A stretch of 64,000 bases of DNA, from assembly GCA_964016885.1 (NCBI GenBank), contig OZ024742.1:101742001-101806000 (forward strand), written 5' to 3'. A program made the position numbers and the translations under genes. Shown in pieces: positions 1-11,966 of this stretch; within the stretch, counting starts at the first letter, position 1; every line of letters starts with the position of its first letter. The notes under the pieces were generated by a model. It searched no databases and was not told the DNA's origin. It saw only the letters and a program-made list of their open reading frames with translations. Origin of the DNA: Eledone cirrhosa (lineage: Eukaryota).

Positions 1-3000
1 TCCAACATGACTGACTATACCCATTCCTCCAACATGACTGACTATACCCATTCTTCCAACATGACTGACTATACCCATTCCTCCAACATGACTGACTATA
101 CCCATTCCTCCAACATGACTGACTGTACCCATTCCTCCAACATGACTGACTATACCTATTCCTCCAACATGACTGACTATACCCATTCCTCCAACATGAC
201 TGACTATACCCATTCCTCCAATGTGACTGGCTATACCCATTCCTCCAACATGACTGACTATACCCATTCCTCCAACATAACTGACTATACCCATTCCTCC
301 AACATGACTGACTATACCCATTCCTCCAACATGACTGACTATACCTATTCCTCCAACATGACTGATTATACCTATTCCTCCAACATGACTGACTGTACCC
401 ATTCCTCCAACATGACTGACTATACCCATTCCTCCAACATGACTGACTATACCTATTCCTCCAACATGACTGACTATACCTATTCCTCCAACATGACTGA
501 CTGTACCCATTCCTCCAACATGACTGACTATACCTATTCCTCCAACGTGACTGACTGTACCCATTCCTCCAACAATACTGACTATACCCATTCCTCCAAC
601 ATGACTGACTATACCCATTCCTCCAACAATACTGACTATACCCATTCCTCCAACATGACTGACTATACCTATTCCTCCAACATGACTGACTATACCCATT
701 CCTCCAATGTGACTGGCTATACCCATTCCTCCAACATGACTGACTATACCCATTCCTCCAACATGACTGACTATACCCATTCCTCCAACATGACTGACTA
801 TACCTATTCCTCCAACGTGACTGACTATACCCATTCCTCCGTGACTGACTATACCCATTCCTCCAACATGACTGACTATACCCATTCTTCCAACATGACT
901 GACTATACCCATTCCTCCAACATGACTGACTATACCCATTCCTCCAACATGACTGACTATACCCATTCCTCCAACATGACTGACTATACCCATTCCTCCA
1001 ACATGACTGACTATACCTATTCCTCCAACGTGACTGACTATACCCATTCCTCCAACATGACTGACTGTACCTATTCCTCCAACGTGACTGGCTATATCCA
1101 TTCCTCCAACATGACTGACTATACCCATTCCTCCGTGACTGACTATACCCATTCCTCCAACATGACTGACTATACCCATTCTTCCAACATGACTGACTAT
1201 ACCCATTCCTCCAACATGACTGACTATACCCATTCCTCCAACATGACTGACTATACCCATTCCTCCAACATGACTGACTATACCCATTCTTCCAACATGA
1301 CTGACTATACCCATTCCTCCAACATGACTGACTATACCCATTCCTCCAACATGACTGACTGTACCTATTCCTCCAACGTGACTGGCTATATCCATTCCTC
1401 CAACATGACTGACTATACCCATTCCTCCGTGACTGACTATACCCATTCCTCCAACATGACTGACTATACCCATTCTTCCAACATGACTGACTATACCCAT
1501 TCCTCCAACATGACTGACTATACCCATTCCTCCAACATGACTGACTATACCCATTCCTCCAACATAACTGACTATACCCATTCTTCCAACATGACTGACT
1601 ATACCCATTCCTCCAACATGACTGACTATACCCATTCCTCCAACATGACTGACTGTACCCATTCCTCCAACATGACTGACTATACCTATTCCTCCAACAT
1701 GACTGACTATACCCATTCCTCCAACATGACTGACTATACCTATTCCTCCAACAATACTGACTATACCTATTCCTCCAACATGACTGACTATACCTATTCC
1801 TCCAACATGACTGACTATACCCATTCCTCCAACATGACTGACTATACCCATTCCTCCAACATGACTGACTATACCCATTCCTCCAACATGACTGACTATA
1901 CCCATTCCTCCAACATGACTGACTATACCTATTCCTCCAACATGACTGACTATACCCATTCCTCCAACAATACTGACTATACCTATTCCTCCAACATGAC
2001 TGACTATACCCATTCCTCCAACATGACTGACTATACCTATTCCTCCAACGTGACTGACTATACCCATTCCTCCAACATGACTGACTATACCCATTCCTCC
2101 AACAATACTGACTATACCCATTCCTCCAACATGACTGACTATACCCATTCCTCCAACATGACTGACTATACCTATTCCTCCAACGTGACTGACTATACCC
2201 ATTCCTCCAACATGACTGACTATACCCATTCCTCCAACATGACTGACTATACCCATTCCTCCAACATGACTGACTATACCCATTCCTCCAACATGACTGA
2301 CTGTACCTATTCCTCCAATGTGACTGGCTATACCCATTCCTCCAACATGACTGACTATACCCATTCCTCCAACATGACTGACTATACCCATTCCTCCAAC
2401 ATGACTGACTATACCTATTCCTCCAATGTGACTGACTATACCCATTCCTCCAACATGATTGACTATATCCATTCCTCCAACATGACTGACTATACCCATT
2501 CCTCCGTGACTGACTATACCCATTCCTCCGTGACTGACTATACCCATTCCTCCAACGTGACTGACTATACCCATTCCTCCAACATAACTGACTATACCCA
2601 TTCCTCCAACATGACTGACTATACCCATTCCTCCAACATGACTGACTATACCCATTCTTCCAACATGACTGACTATACCCATTCCTCCAACATGACTGAC
2701 TATACCCATTCCTCCAACATGACTGACTATACCCATTCCTCCAACATGACTGACTATACCCATTCCTCCAACATGACTGACTATACCCATTCCTCCAACA
2801 CGACTGACTATGCCCATTCTTCCAACATGACTGACTATACCCATTCCTCCAACATGATTGACTATACCTATTCCTCCAACATGACTGACTATACCCATTC
2901 TTCCAACATGACTGACTATACCCATTCCTCCGTGACTGACTATACCCATTCCTCCGTGACTGACTATACCCATTCCTCCAACATGACTGACTATACCCAT

Positions 3001-3466
3001 TCTTCCAACATGACTGACTATACCCATTCCTCCAACATGACTGACTATACCTATTCCTCCAATGTGACTGACTATACCCATTCCTCCAACATGACTGACT
3101 ATATCCATTCCTCCAACATGACTGACTATACCCATTCCTCCAACATGACTGACTATACCCATTCCTCCAACATGACTGACTATACCCATTCCTCCAACAT
3201 GACTGACTATACCCATTCCTCCAACATGACTGACTATACCCATTCCTCCAACACGACTGACTATGCCCATTCTTCCAACATGACTGACTATACCCATTCC
3301 TCCAACATGATTGACTATACCTATTCCTCCAACATGACTGACTATACCCATTCTTCCAACATGACTGACTATACCCATTCCTCCGTGACTGACTATACCC
3401 ATTCCTCCGTGACTGACTATACCCATTCCTCCAACATGACTGACTATACCCATTCTTCCAACATGA
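1..3466. repeat. 27-bp minisatellite (consensus AACATGACTGACTATACCCATTCCTCC), ~130 units with some 24-bp variants; continues off the left edge
   Basis: Directly visible tandem array. The 1178-aa ORF 7..3543 (MTDYTHSSN)n follows from the 27-bp period. The array ends ~70 nt before the acceptor at 3537-3538. Confidence 0.97.
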
Positions 3467-3538
3467 TCCATTTCATCCATTCCCCCAATATTTACAGCAT
3501 TGTACTTATGTCAGAATCCATATTTTCTTTATTTCCAG

Positions 3539-3661
3539 AGTAGTTCCACAGCCACTCCTAAGAATCTCACACCCAACCAGTTTATATCTCCCAGGAGAAA
3601 CAATGGACAGTCAAAGCCCAATGTCATGTTTACTGGTTTGACAGATGACAGTGGTCAAAGG
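3539..3661 (+). CDS. MDC1: MDC1-like tandem BRCT protein, internal exon (SSSTATPKNLTPNQFISPRRNNGQSKPNVMFTGLTDDSGQR)
   Basis: ttccag acceptor and gtaggt donor; KPNVMFTG matches the start of MDC1 BRCT1 (PKVLFTG); in frame with downstream exons. Confidence 0.85.
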
Positions 3662-3910
3662 GTAGGTTGTTAGTTTTTCATTCTTAATTTTGATTTGGTT
3701 TTACGGTAACATTAGAGTGTGAGTACTGTGTGAAGATCAAGGTGAGTTCCTAATACCTATTCCTTTCCTGCATACCAAGTAGGGCCATTTCCCTGAGGGG
3801 GTATATATATATATATATCTAAGACATCAGTCATAGCACCAAACTCACAAACATGGAATCAGCACCTTTCAGGTAAACCAAAGCAAAGCTGTGATGTGTT
3901 TACTTTTACA

Positions 3911-4034
3911 TCATCGTTTAACATCCATTTTCCATGCTAGCATGGGTAGGACTAAGAAGATACATCGGCCGGGAATTGAACCCAGGCCTCTCGCATGACA
4001 GGCGAGAATTCTACCACTGAACCACCAATGCACA
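3911..4034 (-). mobile_element. tRNA-Gly head plus RTE 3' tail retroposon with a 12-bp TSD
   Basis: TTTACTTTTACA at 3899-3910 and 4035-4046; on the minus strand the tRNA is followed by CCCATGCTAGCATGGAAAATGGATGTTAAACGATGATG, the same 3' end as the RTE copies in this window. Confidence 0.8.
3961..4031 (-). pseudogene. tRNA-Gly(GCC)-derived sequence with anticodon changed to GTC
   Basis: Reverse complement GCATTGGTGGTTCAGTGGTAGAATTCTCGCCTGTCATGCGAGAGGCCTGGGTTCAATTCCCGGCCGATGTA is the metazoan tRNA-Gly(GCC) body with a few transitions; the cloverleaf still pairs. Confidence 0.85.
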
Positions 4035-4863
4035 TTTACTTTTACAAATGTATTAGCAGAATAAGTGAAATGAAATAGCTCCAACTAACAAGTGAAACTA
4101 TGTCACAAGCTAACCAGTTAACCTTTTTGATACCAAACTAACCTTTGGTTCTATGATACAAAGCTGTTTGTTTTGAAGTGTTTAGATTTATCTTAAAATC
4201 CTCCATCATAATTTTATGTAAGAACATTTATGTTCAAAACTCCAGTTTAATAATGAGAAAATTAGTTACATTACTAAATCACTGAACATTTTTAATTATT
4301 TAAAAAAAAAATGAAAAACATAAGCAATGACTTTCATTAGAAATATGGTAATAAAAGGGTCAAAGCGAAATGGTCAAGGGGATTTTGTATTGGGCTACCA
4401 ACTTACAGATAGTGGGTTCAAATACACAGCAAGCATTGTGCGTGTCTGTAGGCGGAACTCTGTATTCCACATAGTCTCAGTTTATTACCACAGACCTGTC
4501 AAGAGAATAATTACCATCAGGAAATATTACATGTGAATGAACTAGTGTCCGGTCCAGTTGTCTCTCGTCTACTTAACACCATGAAATTAGAGATAGACAT
4601 AGTTTATGTTTTTATTATCTTACACACGTTTCCTTAACAATAATATAGAACAGTTGATATACATGCATTTGTTTTTTTATATAAATTATATCTTCATATT
4701 GCTCCTATTATTATCAGGTCGTCCCAGAGAATAAATAGAAATGGAATAAGATTAATATCCATAGAGGATATAATCTTATTGGTTATCTATTAAACAGTTC
4801 ATGTCGAATTAAACATTTTTCAAAAATGACATATTCGAATGCTAAACTCTCGTTTGTTTTTAG

Positions 4864-4932
4864 ATTGTTAAACAACTTGGTGGGAGTGTTGTGACAGACT
4901 ATGATTGCTGTACTCACCTTATCACTGACAAG
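4864..4932 (+). CDS. MDC1: MDC1-like exon (IVKQLGGSVVTDYDCCTHLITDK)
   Basis: ttttag acceptor and gtaata donor; LGG...THLITD is the BRCT1 signature. Confidence 0.9.
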
Positions 4933-6019
4933 GTAATATTGATTTCTTTTTAGCTTTATTAACAACTTTCTCACCCAATAAGCATGTCTGCACCCAGTAC
5001 ACTCTGTAAAGTGGTTCTTGTTAAGAAGAGCATCCAGCCATAGAAACCATGCCAAACAGAGGTTGAAAGGACTCTTCAGTTACGTCACAGACACAACCTC
5101 TCTCCTGCAGGTGACTTGAAAAAATGCACCCAATACACTGTTAAGAAGAGCATCCATCCTTAGAAACCACACCTTCTGTTAGCCTGCCAGTGATCCACTT
5201 ACACCATATAGAATTCTGATTTACTCTTTTTCTGCATATTAAGCACAGCCTTTTCCCTCATGGCAAGAGTATCTTGTCTTCTGTTCTACTATTAAAACTT
5301 TAGTTTTTGTTAAATATATTTTTAGTCTTTTGATTCTAGACTCAAGATGTAAATATTAAAGAACAAATTTCATCTCTGAAGGTCGATAATCTAAAGAAAA
5401 TCATATTCTTATTAACAACTAGCAGCCGAACCTGACCTTCCTTCGGTTTTATAGAATGTATCAGAAAAAGTTACATAGCCTATGATTATCTCTAAAATTT
5501 GAGATACTTTGGTGTAAAACAGTGGTCTACAACTTGGAACGTGCAAGCATTCACTTTTGTGTAGTAACTCTTAATGTCCTCTATTGCTTGAAAAGTAAAA
5601 AAACAGCATCATATTTAAAATTAAAGTCTTTACTTTACTTTATTACAAATTTTATAAACGATCTGTTCTTTAGTAAAGACACTATAAACATTTGAAGTAA
5701 CAAACTGGTTTTCAGATGATAAAAGTTAATTTACAATCTTGTTTATGCAACATTTAGAAAAAATAACTACATCACATTAAAAATCAAAGTCTACTTTAAT
5801 ACTGCAAACATTTCCTAACAAGCTGTTTACTAATAAAGCTACTAGTACATTTGAATTAAAAAGCTGGTTTTGAGATATTTTCTGGTAAATCATTACAAGA
5901 TGTTAAGAGATAAATAACTAATCTCAAATATTTCAATATTTGGTCTCTTCTGTTGCACCACAGCCTCTCATTCAAGAAATCAGATGAAACTTCACATCTA
6001 TTAACATTTCTTTTTTCAG

Positions 6020-6119
6020 GTCCGCCGAACTGTGAAATTCTTGTGTTGCCTGGCACGTGGCATTCCAATCATCTCATTACATTGGTTGACTAAATGCAGG
6101 TCTGCCAAGACGTTTATTG
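6020..6119 (+). CDS. MDC1: MDC1-like exon ([33 protein letters not shown])
   Basis: tttcag acceptor and gtgagt donor; [17 protein letters not shown] closely matches human MDC1 BRCT1 as recalled ([22 protein letters not shown]). Confidence 0.93.
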
Positions 6120-6572
6120 GTGAGTTAAGTTAGTCTCTTTCACAACACACACACACACGCACACACACTCTCTCATCATGGACAGACTGACACATACAGA
6201 CAGATGGACAGACATGCAATCACAGAATATAGCATTGAAGAAAATTGAATTAAATGCAAGAATTGCTGGAGCTGATGTAACAATGGTTTCTGATTTAAAC
6301 ACAAGGCCAACAATTTTTGGGAGATGTATGAAAAACAAATGTTGAGTGTATTATAGGTCTCTGATAGGTGGTCTCTATCACCTTCTCTAGGAGAAATTTG
6401 GTGTATTTAGACATGGAGAGAGTATGAGCTCCACCAGGTTTTAAAAAATGCCCAAGATGTGCTATATGACACCCCCACAACTCTATGAAGAGTTATGAGT
6501 CCATACATATATAACACCTTGTATCATATAATTTTTTCTATCGTATCTAATGTCTTGTATCTTTTATCACAG

Positions 6573-6728
6573 ATTACACGCCATATATTCTATCAGATTC
6601 TGATACTGAGAAACAGTACAATTTCTCCTTAAGCCAGTCTCTCCAACTTGCTCGAAGTTCATCTCCACTAAAGGGCTACAAGATACATGTCACCAAATCT
6701 GTTAAACCTAATGCTGAACATATGAAAG
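6573..6728 (+). CDS. MDC1: MDC1-like exon (DYTPYILSDSDTEKQYNFSLSQSLQLARSSSPLKGYKIHVTKSVKPNAEHMK)
   Basis: cacag acceptor and gtaaat donor, phase 1-1; BRCT linker (EK-Y-FSL--SL--AR) and start of BRCT2 (LKGYKIHVT). Confidence 0.9.
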
Positions 6729-7651
6729 GTAAATAAAATAAACAAGGTGAAATAAATGGAGTTAAATATCAAATATTTACATTTCCTCATCTTGTTATCT
6801 CTAACTTCTATTCTATCTACATTAACCTCCATCAGTTATCCTCATACTTAGCCTAAATGAGCATTATAAGCATTATCTCTTTTCTTCCAAGAAAAGCATA
6901 AAACAAAATTTATAAAGTAGCAACTATTTATACATTCTGCATCCTTTAAAACCCTCATGCTTCCCGAAATTCGCCAAAACTACACCTGATCTCCCCCTTC
7001 CATACACATGCACACATGTGTATATCATGACTCATGCTCTGTTCATTTTCCTGACGTTTGTACATTACCCTATGTACTATACATACACTTTTGATGAGTT
7101 GTAGTGCACCTGAGCACTACACAATATTTTCATTATTATTATTCTTAAACAAGCTGTCATGTGATGTGGCTAGCCATGTCAGGTGATCACGTGTTGCTCA
7201 TATGGATCTGTTTTTGGTTTGGTTTTCTATGGCTGGATGCTCTTCCTAGTGCCAACCACTTTACAGTATATACTAGAGCATTTTATTGTGACTTTGGCTC
7301 TACAACTTTACAAGGTGGGTCGGGTGCTTTTTATCATGGCACCAAGGGTGGGCCGGGTGCTTTTTATCATAGCACCAGCATTACCATTTTACAGGGTGGA
7401 CGGGGTGCTTATTATCATAGCTTATAATAATGAAATACAATTTATTTTAATTAATTAATTATTTTGAAGGATTTACTAAAATTATTAATTATTTCATTTC
7501 AAAGATAGTAACTTAATATAGATTTATGCTGGAAGATTATAATGTATATAATAGAATTGCATAAAATGTAACAGTATTTCATTATTCACCAAATTGATTG
7601 TAATTTCTAGAATTTTTAAATCTAATGTTTGTCATTTTCTTTTTAAACCAG

Positions 7652-7677
7652 AAATTATTGAAAGTTGCAAAGCAAAG
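7652..7677 (+). CDS. MDC1: MDC1-like 26-nt microexon (EIIESCKAK)
   Basis: Pyrimidine tract plus ccag acceptor, gtaata donor; supplies the EII-SC segment of BRCT2 and converts phase 1 to phase 0, as required to join 6728 to 8871. Confidence 0.8.
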
Positions 7678-7709
7678 GTAATATAATTTATCAAACATTT
7701 CTACTTAAA

Positions 7710-8260
7710 ATTCATCACCCATCATCACTGTTTAATGTCTATTTTTAAATGCCAGCCTGGGTGAGATGAGTTGTCCTGTTGTAAGACATGTCAGATCAGA
7801 TGACTGTGTCTTGCTCATATAGAACTGATTCTGGATTGGATTCTACGGTTGGATGCCTTTCCTAATGCCAACCATATCTACAGTGTATACTGGGTGCTTT
7901 TTGTCATGTCACCTATATGTCCACTTTATAGTGTATACTGGGCGCTTTTTGTCATGTCACCTATATGTCCACTTTACAGTGTATACTGGGCGCTTTTTGT
8001 CATGTCACCTATATGTCCACTTTACAGTGTATACTGGGCGCTTTTTGTCATATCACCTATATGTCCACTTTACAGTGTATACTGGGCGCTTTTTGTCATG
8101 TCACCTATATGTCCACTTTACAGTGTATATTGGGCGCTTTTTGTCATGTCACCTATATGTCCACTTTACAGTGTGGGCTGGGTGCTTTTTGTCATGTCAC
8201 CTACACGTCCACTTTATAGTGTGGACTGGGGGCTGAGGTTGTGGAGGTGCATGGGGATTG
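7710..8260 (-). mobile_element. RTE 3'UTR-derived element with ~8 internal 42-bp tandem units
   Basis: Tandem CCACTTTACAGTGTATACTGGGCGCTTTTTGTCATGTCACCTATATGT-like units next to the GGATGCC-TTCCTAA motif and a (CAT)n tail shared with RTE 3' ends. Confidence 0.75.
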
Positions 8261-8870
8261 GAGAAGTAGATTCTAAAATTGGAATCATATTTAGGGGTTG
8301 GCAGTTTTATCGCTATCAATACTGCTTTCTATGTTCCATGTACACTCCAGTACATTATGTTTCGTTTAGTAGACTCTGTCAGTTGTTTGTTTACAGGCAA
8401 CCTACATCATGCTAGCATTATTTTGTAGCACCAACACTAGAGAGATTGTCATATATGTAGCCAGACTGATGAGTCCTCTCTACCCTATATTGTCTTTGCC
8501 TGATTACCAAAAGTGTACTGAGTTCCTTCGATCATGGCAGAAATGTTGCCTCCGTGTGTAAGGGCCCTGGGTCCTCCTCACTCCATGTAGTCCACAATTT
8601 CTCATCATATTCACTTTTGTGTTTTCAGGCATGCATGGGCTAGATTGGTTTTTTGCAACTTGGCACTGTTCTATTTGTTGTGTCCATTCCTCATTTCCTC
8701 CATGAGCTTCAGTGATCTGAGATCAGCTCTCACCACCTCTGCTTGGGTGTTCCTTGGTCTTCCTCTACTGCAGCTACCTTCCTCTATATTTGTGTGTGTT
8801 ATCGGAAAGTTGAAGAAAATACTTGTGTGTGAATATGATAATTTCAAATATTTTTTGCCATGTTTTGCAG

Positions 8871-9031
8871 TTTTTGATGAAACTTCCCTCAGATTATAAA
8901 GAAAATACTGTTGTGATTTCCTGTGAAGAGGACCAGTCTTCCTGTAAGAAAACCATTGAAGCTGGCATCCCAATTGTAGAGGCTGAGTTCTTGTTGACTG
9001 GAATACTACAGCAAGATTTATCAATAAACAA
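8871..9031 (+). CDS. MDC1: MDC1-like exon (FLMKLPSDYKENTVVISCEEDQSSCKKTIEAGIPIVEAEFLLTGILQQDLSIN)
   Basis: ttgcag acceptor; VVISC and EFLLTGILQQ match MDC1 BRCT2; ends at the U12 donor ATATCCTT. Confidence 0.9.
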
Positions 9032-11966
9032 ATATCCTTTCTTGCAACATTTTATCTTCTATATATACACATGAAGGCAGCAGAATGTTAGAATGTCAGA
9101 CAGAATGCTTTGCAGTATTCATTCTAGTTCTCTGCATTCAAATTCAGCTGAGGTCAATAAAAAAGAGTACCAGCCGAGTACTGGGGTAGTTTTTTTTCCT
9201 ATATATATATATATATTTCTTTCTCCTTTTCAGGAAGAAATTAGTTGTGTTCAGACGTGAAAAACTGTTTGGCTTTGCCAGATTTAAAATACCCAAGACA
9301 CACTGTATATTGCTATGGCACCCATATGACTCCATCAGGAATTACTGGTCCGTACAAATATGCATGTGTTTTTTAGACTGTATGTGAGAGTGAATGCATG
9401 TTTTTTGTGTGCGTTTTTCATGATATTTCTATTTTACTCCTTGGTTCACAGTTCAACAAAGTTAGGCAGATGAAGGAATTGTACAGGTAGACAATTTATT
9501 ACAGGTAACAGTGACAGAATCGTTGGAGAAAGCAAAATTAAAGGGTCATGTTAAGAAAGAGAGAGGGAAGGAAAGACTCAACAAAATAGCTTTGGTACAG
9601 ATGTTATCCCTTTTGATATCAAACTGCCTGACTCCCCACCCTCTTGGTTCTATTATAAGAAACTTTCTGTTAAAGTATTCATCATATCTGTTAATGTTCA
9701 TTTTCCCTGCTAGTAAGAGTTGGATGGGTCGTCACATACCGCATCAGTACTTAATTGGAGCTACTGACCTCTCAGATGAGCTGAGAGCCACATTTTGTTG
9801 ACATTCTGCACTCTACCCTATGCATTGGATACATTTTATTGTGGCACCAAACTGGGGTGATTGCCATGTTTTTGACACTACTGAAGTGTCCTCTCGACCC
9901 TTTAAAACCTTTCATCATAATTTTAAGTAAGAACCTTTGTTAAGTTATACTCCAGACATCAGCTTAATGAACGTTAAATTATGTCAAATTCTTGATTATT
10001 TTCAAAAGGATTTGAAAACCATAGGCAGTGTCTTTCACTAGAAATATAGTAACGAAAGAGTTAAGAAATCTTTTCAACTTAATGAAGACATGAGACGAAA
10101 TTGTGAAGAACAATATCAGAGAACTGATCCTCCCAAAGATGACACAGGACTGAACTGACTGGCGATATACCATAAGCAGCTACAGTGTTGGTCATTGAAG
10201 TGAAATATTATAGGGTTGTGATGACTGTTCAGTCTGAATGGACTTGACAACCTTGTTTGTATATTCCATATTTGGCTTCGTTTCTATGGCTGGATGTCCT
10301 TTCTAATATCAGCTACCTTACAGGGTATATTAGCTGCGTTTTCTTTTCTTTCTTGACACTGTACATTTTATCATAGCACCAACATTACCATTTTACAGAG
10401 TGGACTGGATGCGTTTTTATGAAACCAGTATTGCAGAGGTTGTCAACATGATTGTCTGAAGGGTCCTCTCATCATATCTACCTTTAGTGTTGCAGAACAT
10501 TTATTGGTGGACATGTCTTTTGTATTATGACATATTACCTGTGTTGTTAGTCCAGTGTCATCTTTGTGAGGTTCAGATTTCTTAGGTCATTCTTTACAAA
10601 TTTGTTCAAACATTCGATCATCTTTTTTTGTTAGAGTTTTCTCCCCTTGTTTTAGATCACTTCCTCCAGTTCTGGTGACAATTTCTTTGTCTATTAAATT
10701 GGGTGAATTGTTGCAGCTGATTGTATCTTTAAAACTCACATTACATACGTGGGACCCCCACTAAATTATTATCATTGTTATCACCATTACATATATTTTT
10801 CTATGGTGACAAGGTACAATGCCAAATTTTGTAGGGAAACAGTCTGAGCTACACAGGTATATTACCTATCATTAGAATGATTTTGATCTCCAAGAGAGAC
10901 ATAACTCCAAGGCAGTTATATATATATATCCCTCTCCTTACACTACTACTTACTAACAGCTATTCTCAACATCACTACACCAACCCCACCGTGCATGCCC
11001 CTTGTGAAATGGCTGGTGATGCGAAGGGTATCCAGCCATGGAGGGCTTGCCAAACAAAGGCTGGGGGAACCTCTTCAGTTATGTCAAGGACATGACAACC
11101 TCCCTGATGTTGGTAATCTATATGATAAACACACCCAGTACATGCTGTAAAGTGGTTGTGGTAGAAAGGGCATCCAGCCATAGAAATCTTGTCAAACAAA
11201 GGGTTTGGAGGACCCTCAGTTGTGTCAAAAACATGACAACCTGTTCTGTGCACTGTAGAACATGACACCAGATCCCTAGCCTGTCTGGGAGATTAGTGGC
11301 TCTGCTTCAGCACTGACCTGACCTATATAGACTCTTCAAACCCTTGTTAGCAGGAAAAGCGGATGTTTAAACGATGATGATATCATTATCATATCTCCAA
11401 ATATCAGTCTCAAAACAAAAGTTAGTACTCAGTACATGATGTAGTATTCATACATTTACTTAAAACCTTTCCGCACCATATTTCTAATGAAAGATACTGC
11501 CTGTGATTCAATAGTAATTTTGAGTGATTTAGTAATGTAATTTTCTCATTATTTAGAACATAACTTAACAAACATTCTAACATAAAATTGTGATGGAAGG
11601 TTAAATGTAAACACGTTAATATAAACTGGTTTGTGTTGTAAAAATAAGAGCTGTTTCAAGCAGTTTGGTATCTGTGAAGTTATGTGTGGCATGCTGAAGT
11701 CACTCAAACTCTGTCCAGAAATTCCAGGTTTCATTCATATCTATTGACTACAAATCTCTCTGAGGAAAGAGGTCCTGTTGTTTTTTCCCTTCCGTTCATG
11801 TGACATAGCTCTTCCTGCAACTTCAGTCGCACCACTCATAACTCCACAGTATCAAAAGGAGTTAACCTTACATTTTGTTTTCGTCGTTATTCTAGTTCCA
11901 TGCTCTGTGATTTCAGTCATGAAGTTGTTATATCACCAATGTTCAATTGCCTTAACAAGACATCAC
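9032..11966 (+). other. U12-type (minor spliceosome) AT-AC intron
   Basis: 5' site ATATCCTTTC at 9032; branch point TTGCCTTAAC at 11947-11956; terminal AC at 11965-11966; splicing preserves the frame. Confidence 0.85.
10990..11385 (+). mobile_element. RTE-tail non-autonomous element; related copies near 31440-31835 and 57860-58050
   Basis: Duplicated GGCATCCAGCCATAGAAA...GGACCCTCAGTTGTGTCAA module ending in GTTAAACGATGATGAT-like tail. Confidence 0.65.

Noticed and set aside
7-3543. 1178-aa ORF as a confident protein-coding gene
   Set aside because: Pure 27-bp tandem repeat, out of frame with the adjacent MDC1 exon, and its end runs through the intron's pyrimidine tract and acceptor; kept only as a finding.
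3961-4031. Functional tRNA-Asp gene
   Set aside because: The body is tRNA-Gly, it sits inside a TSD-flanked retroposed unit, and there is no adjacent poly-T terminator.
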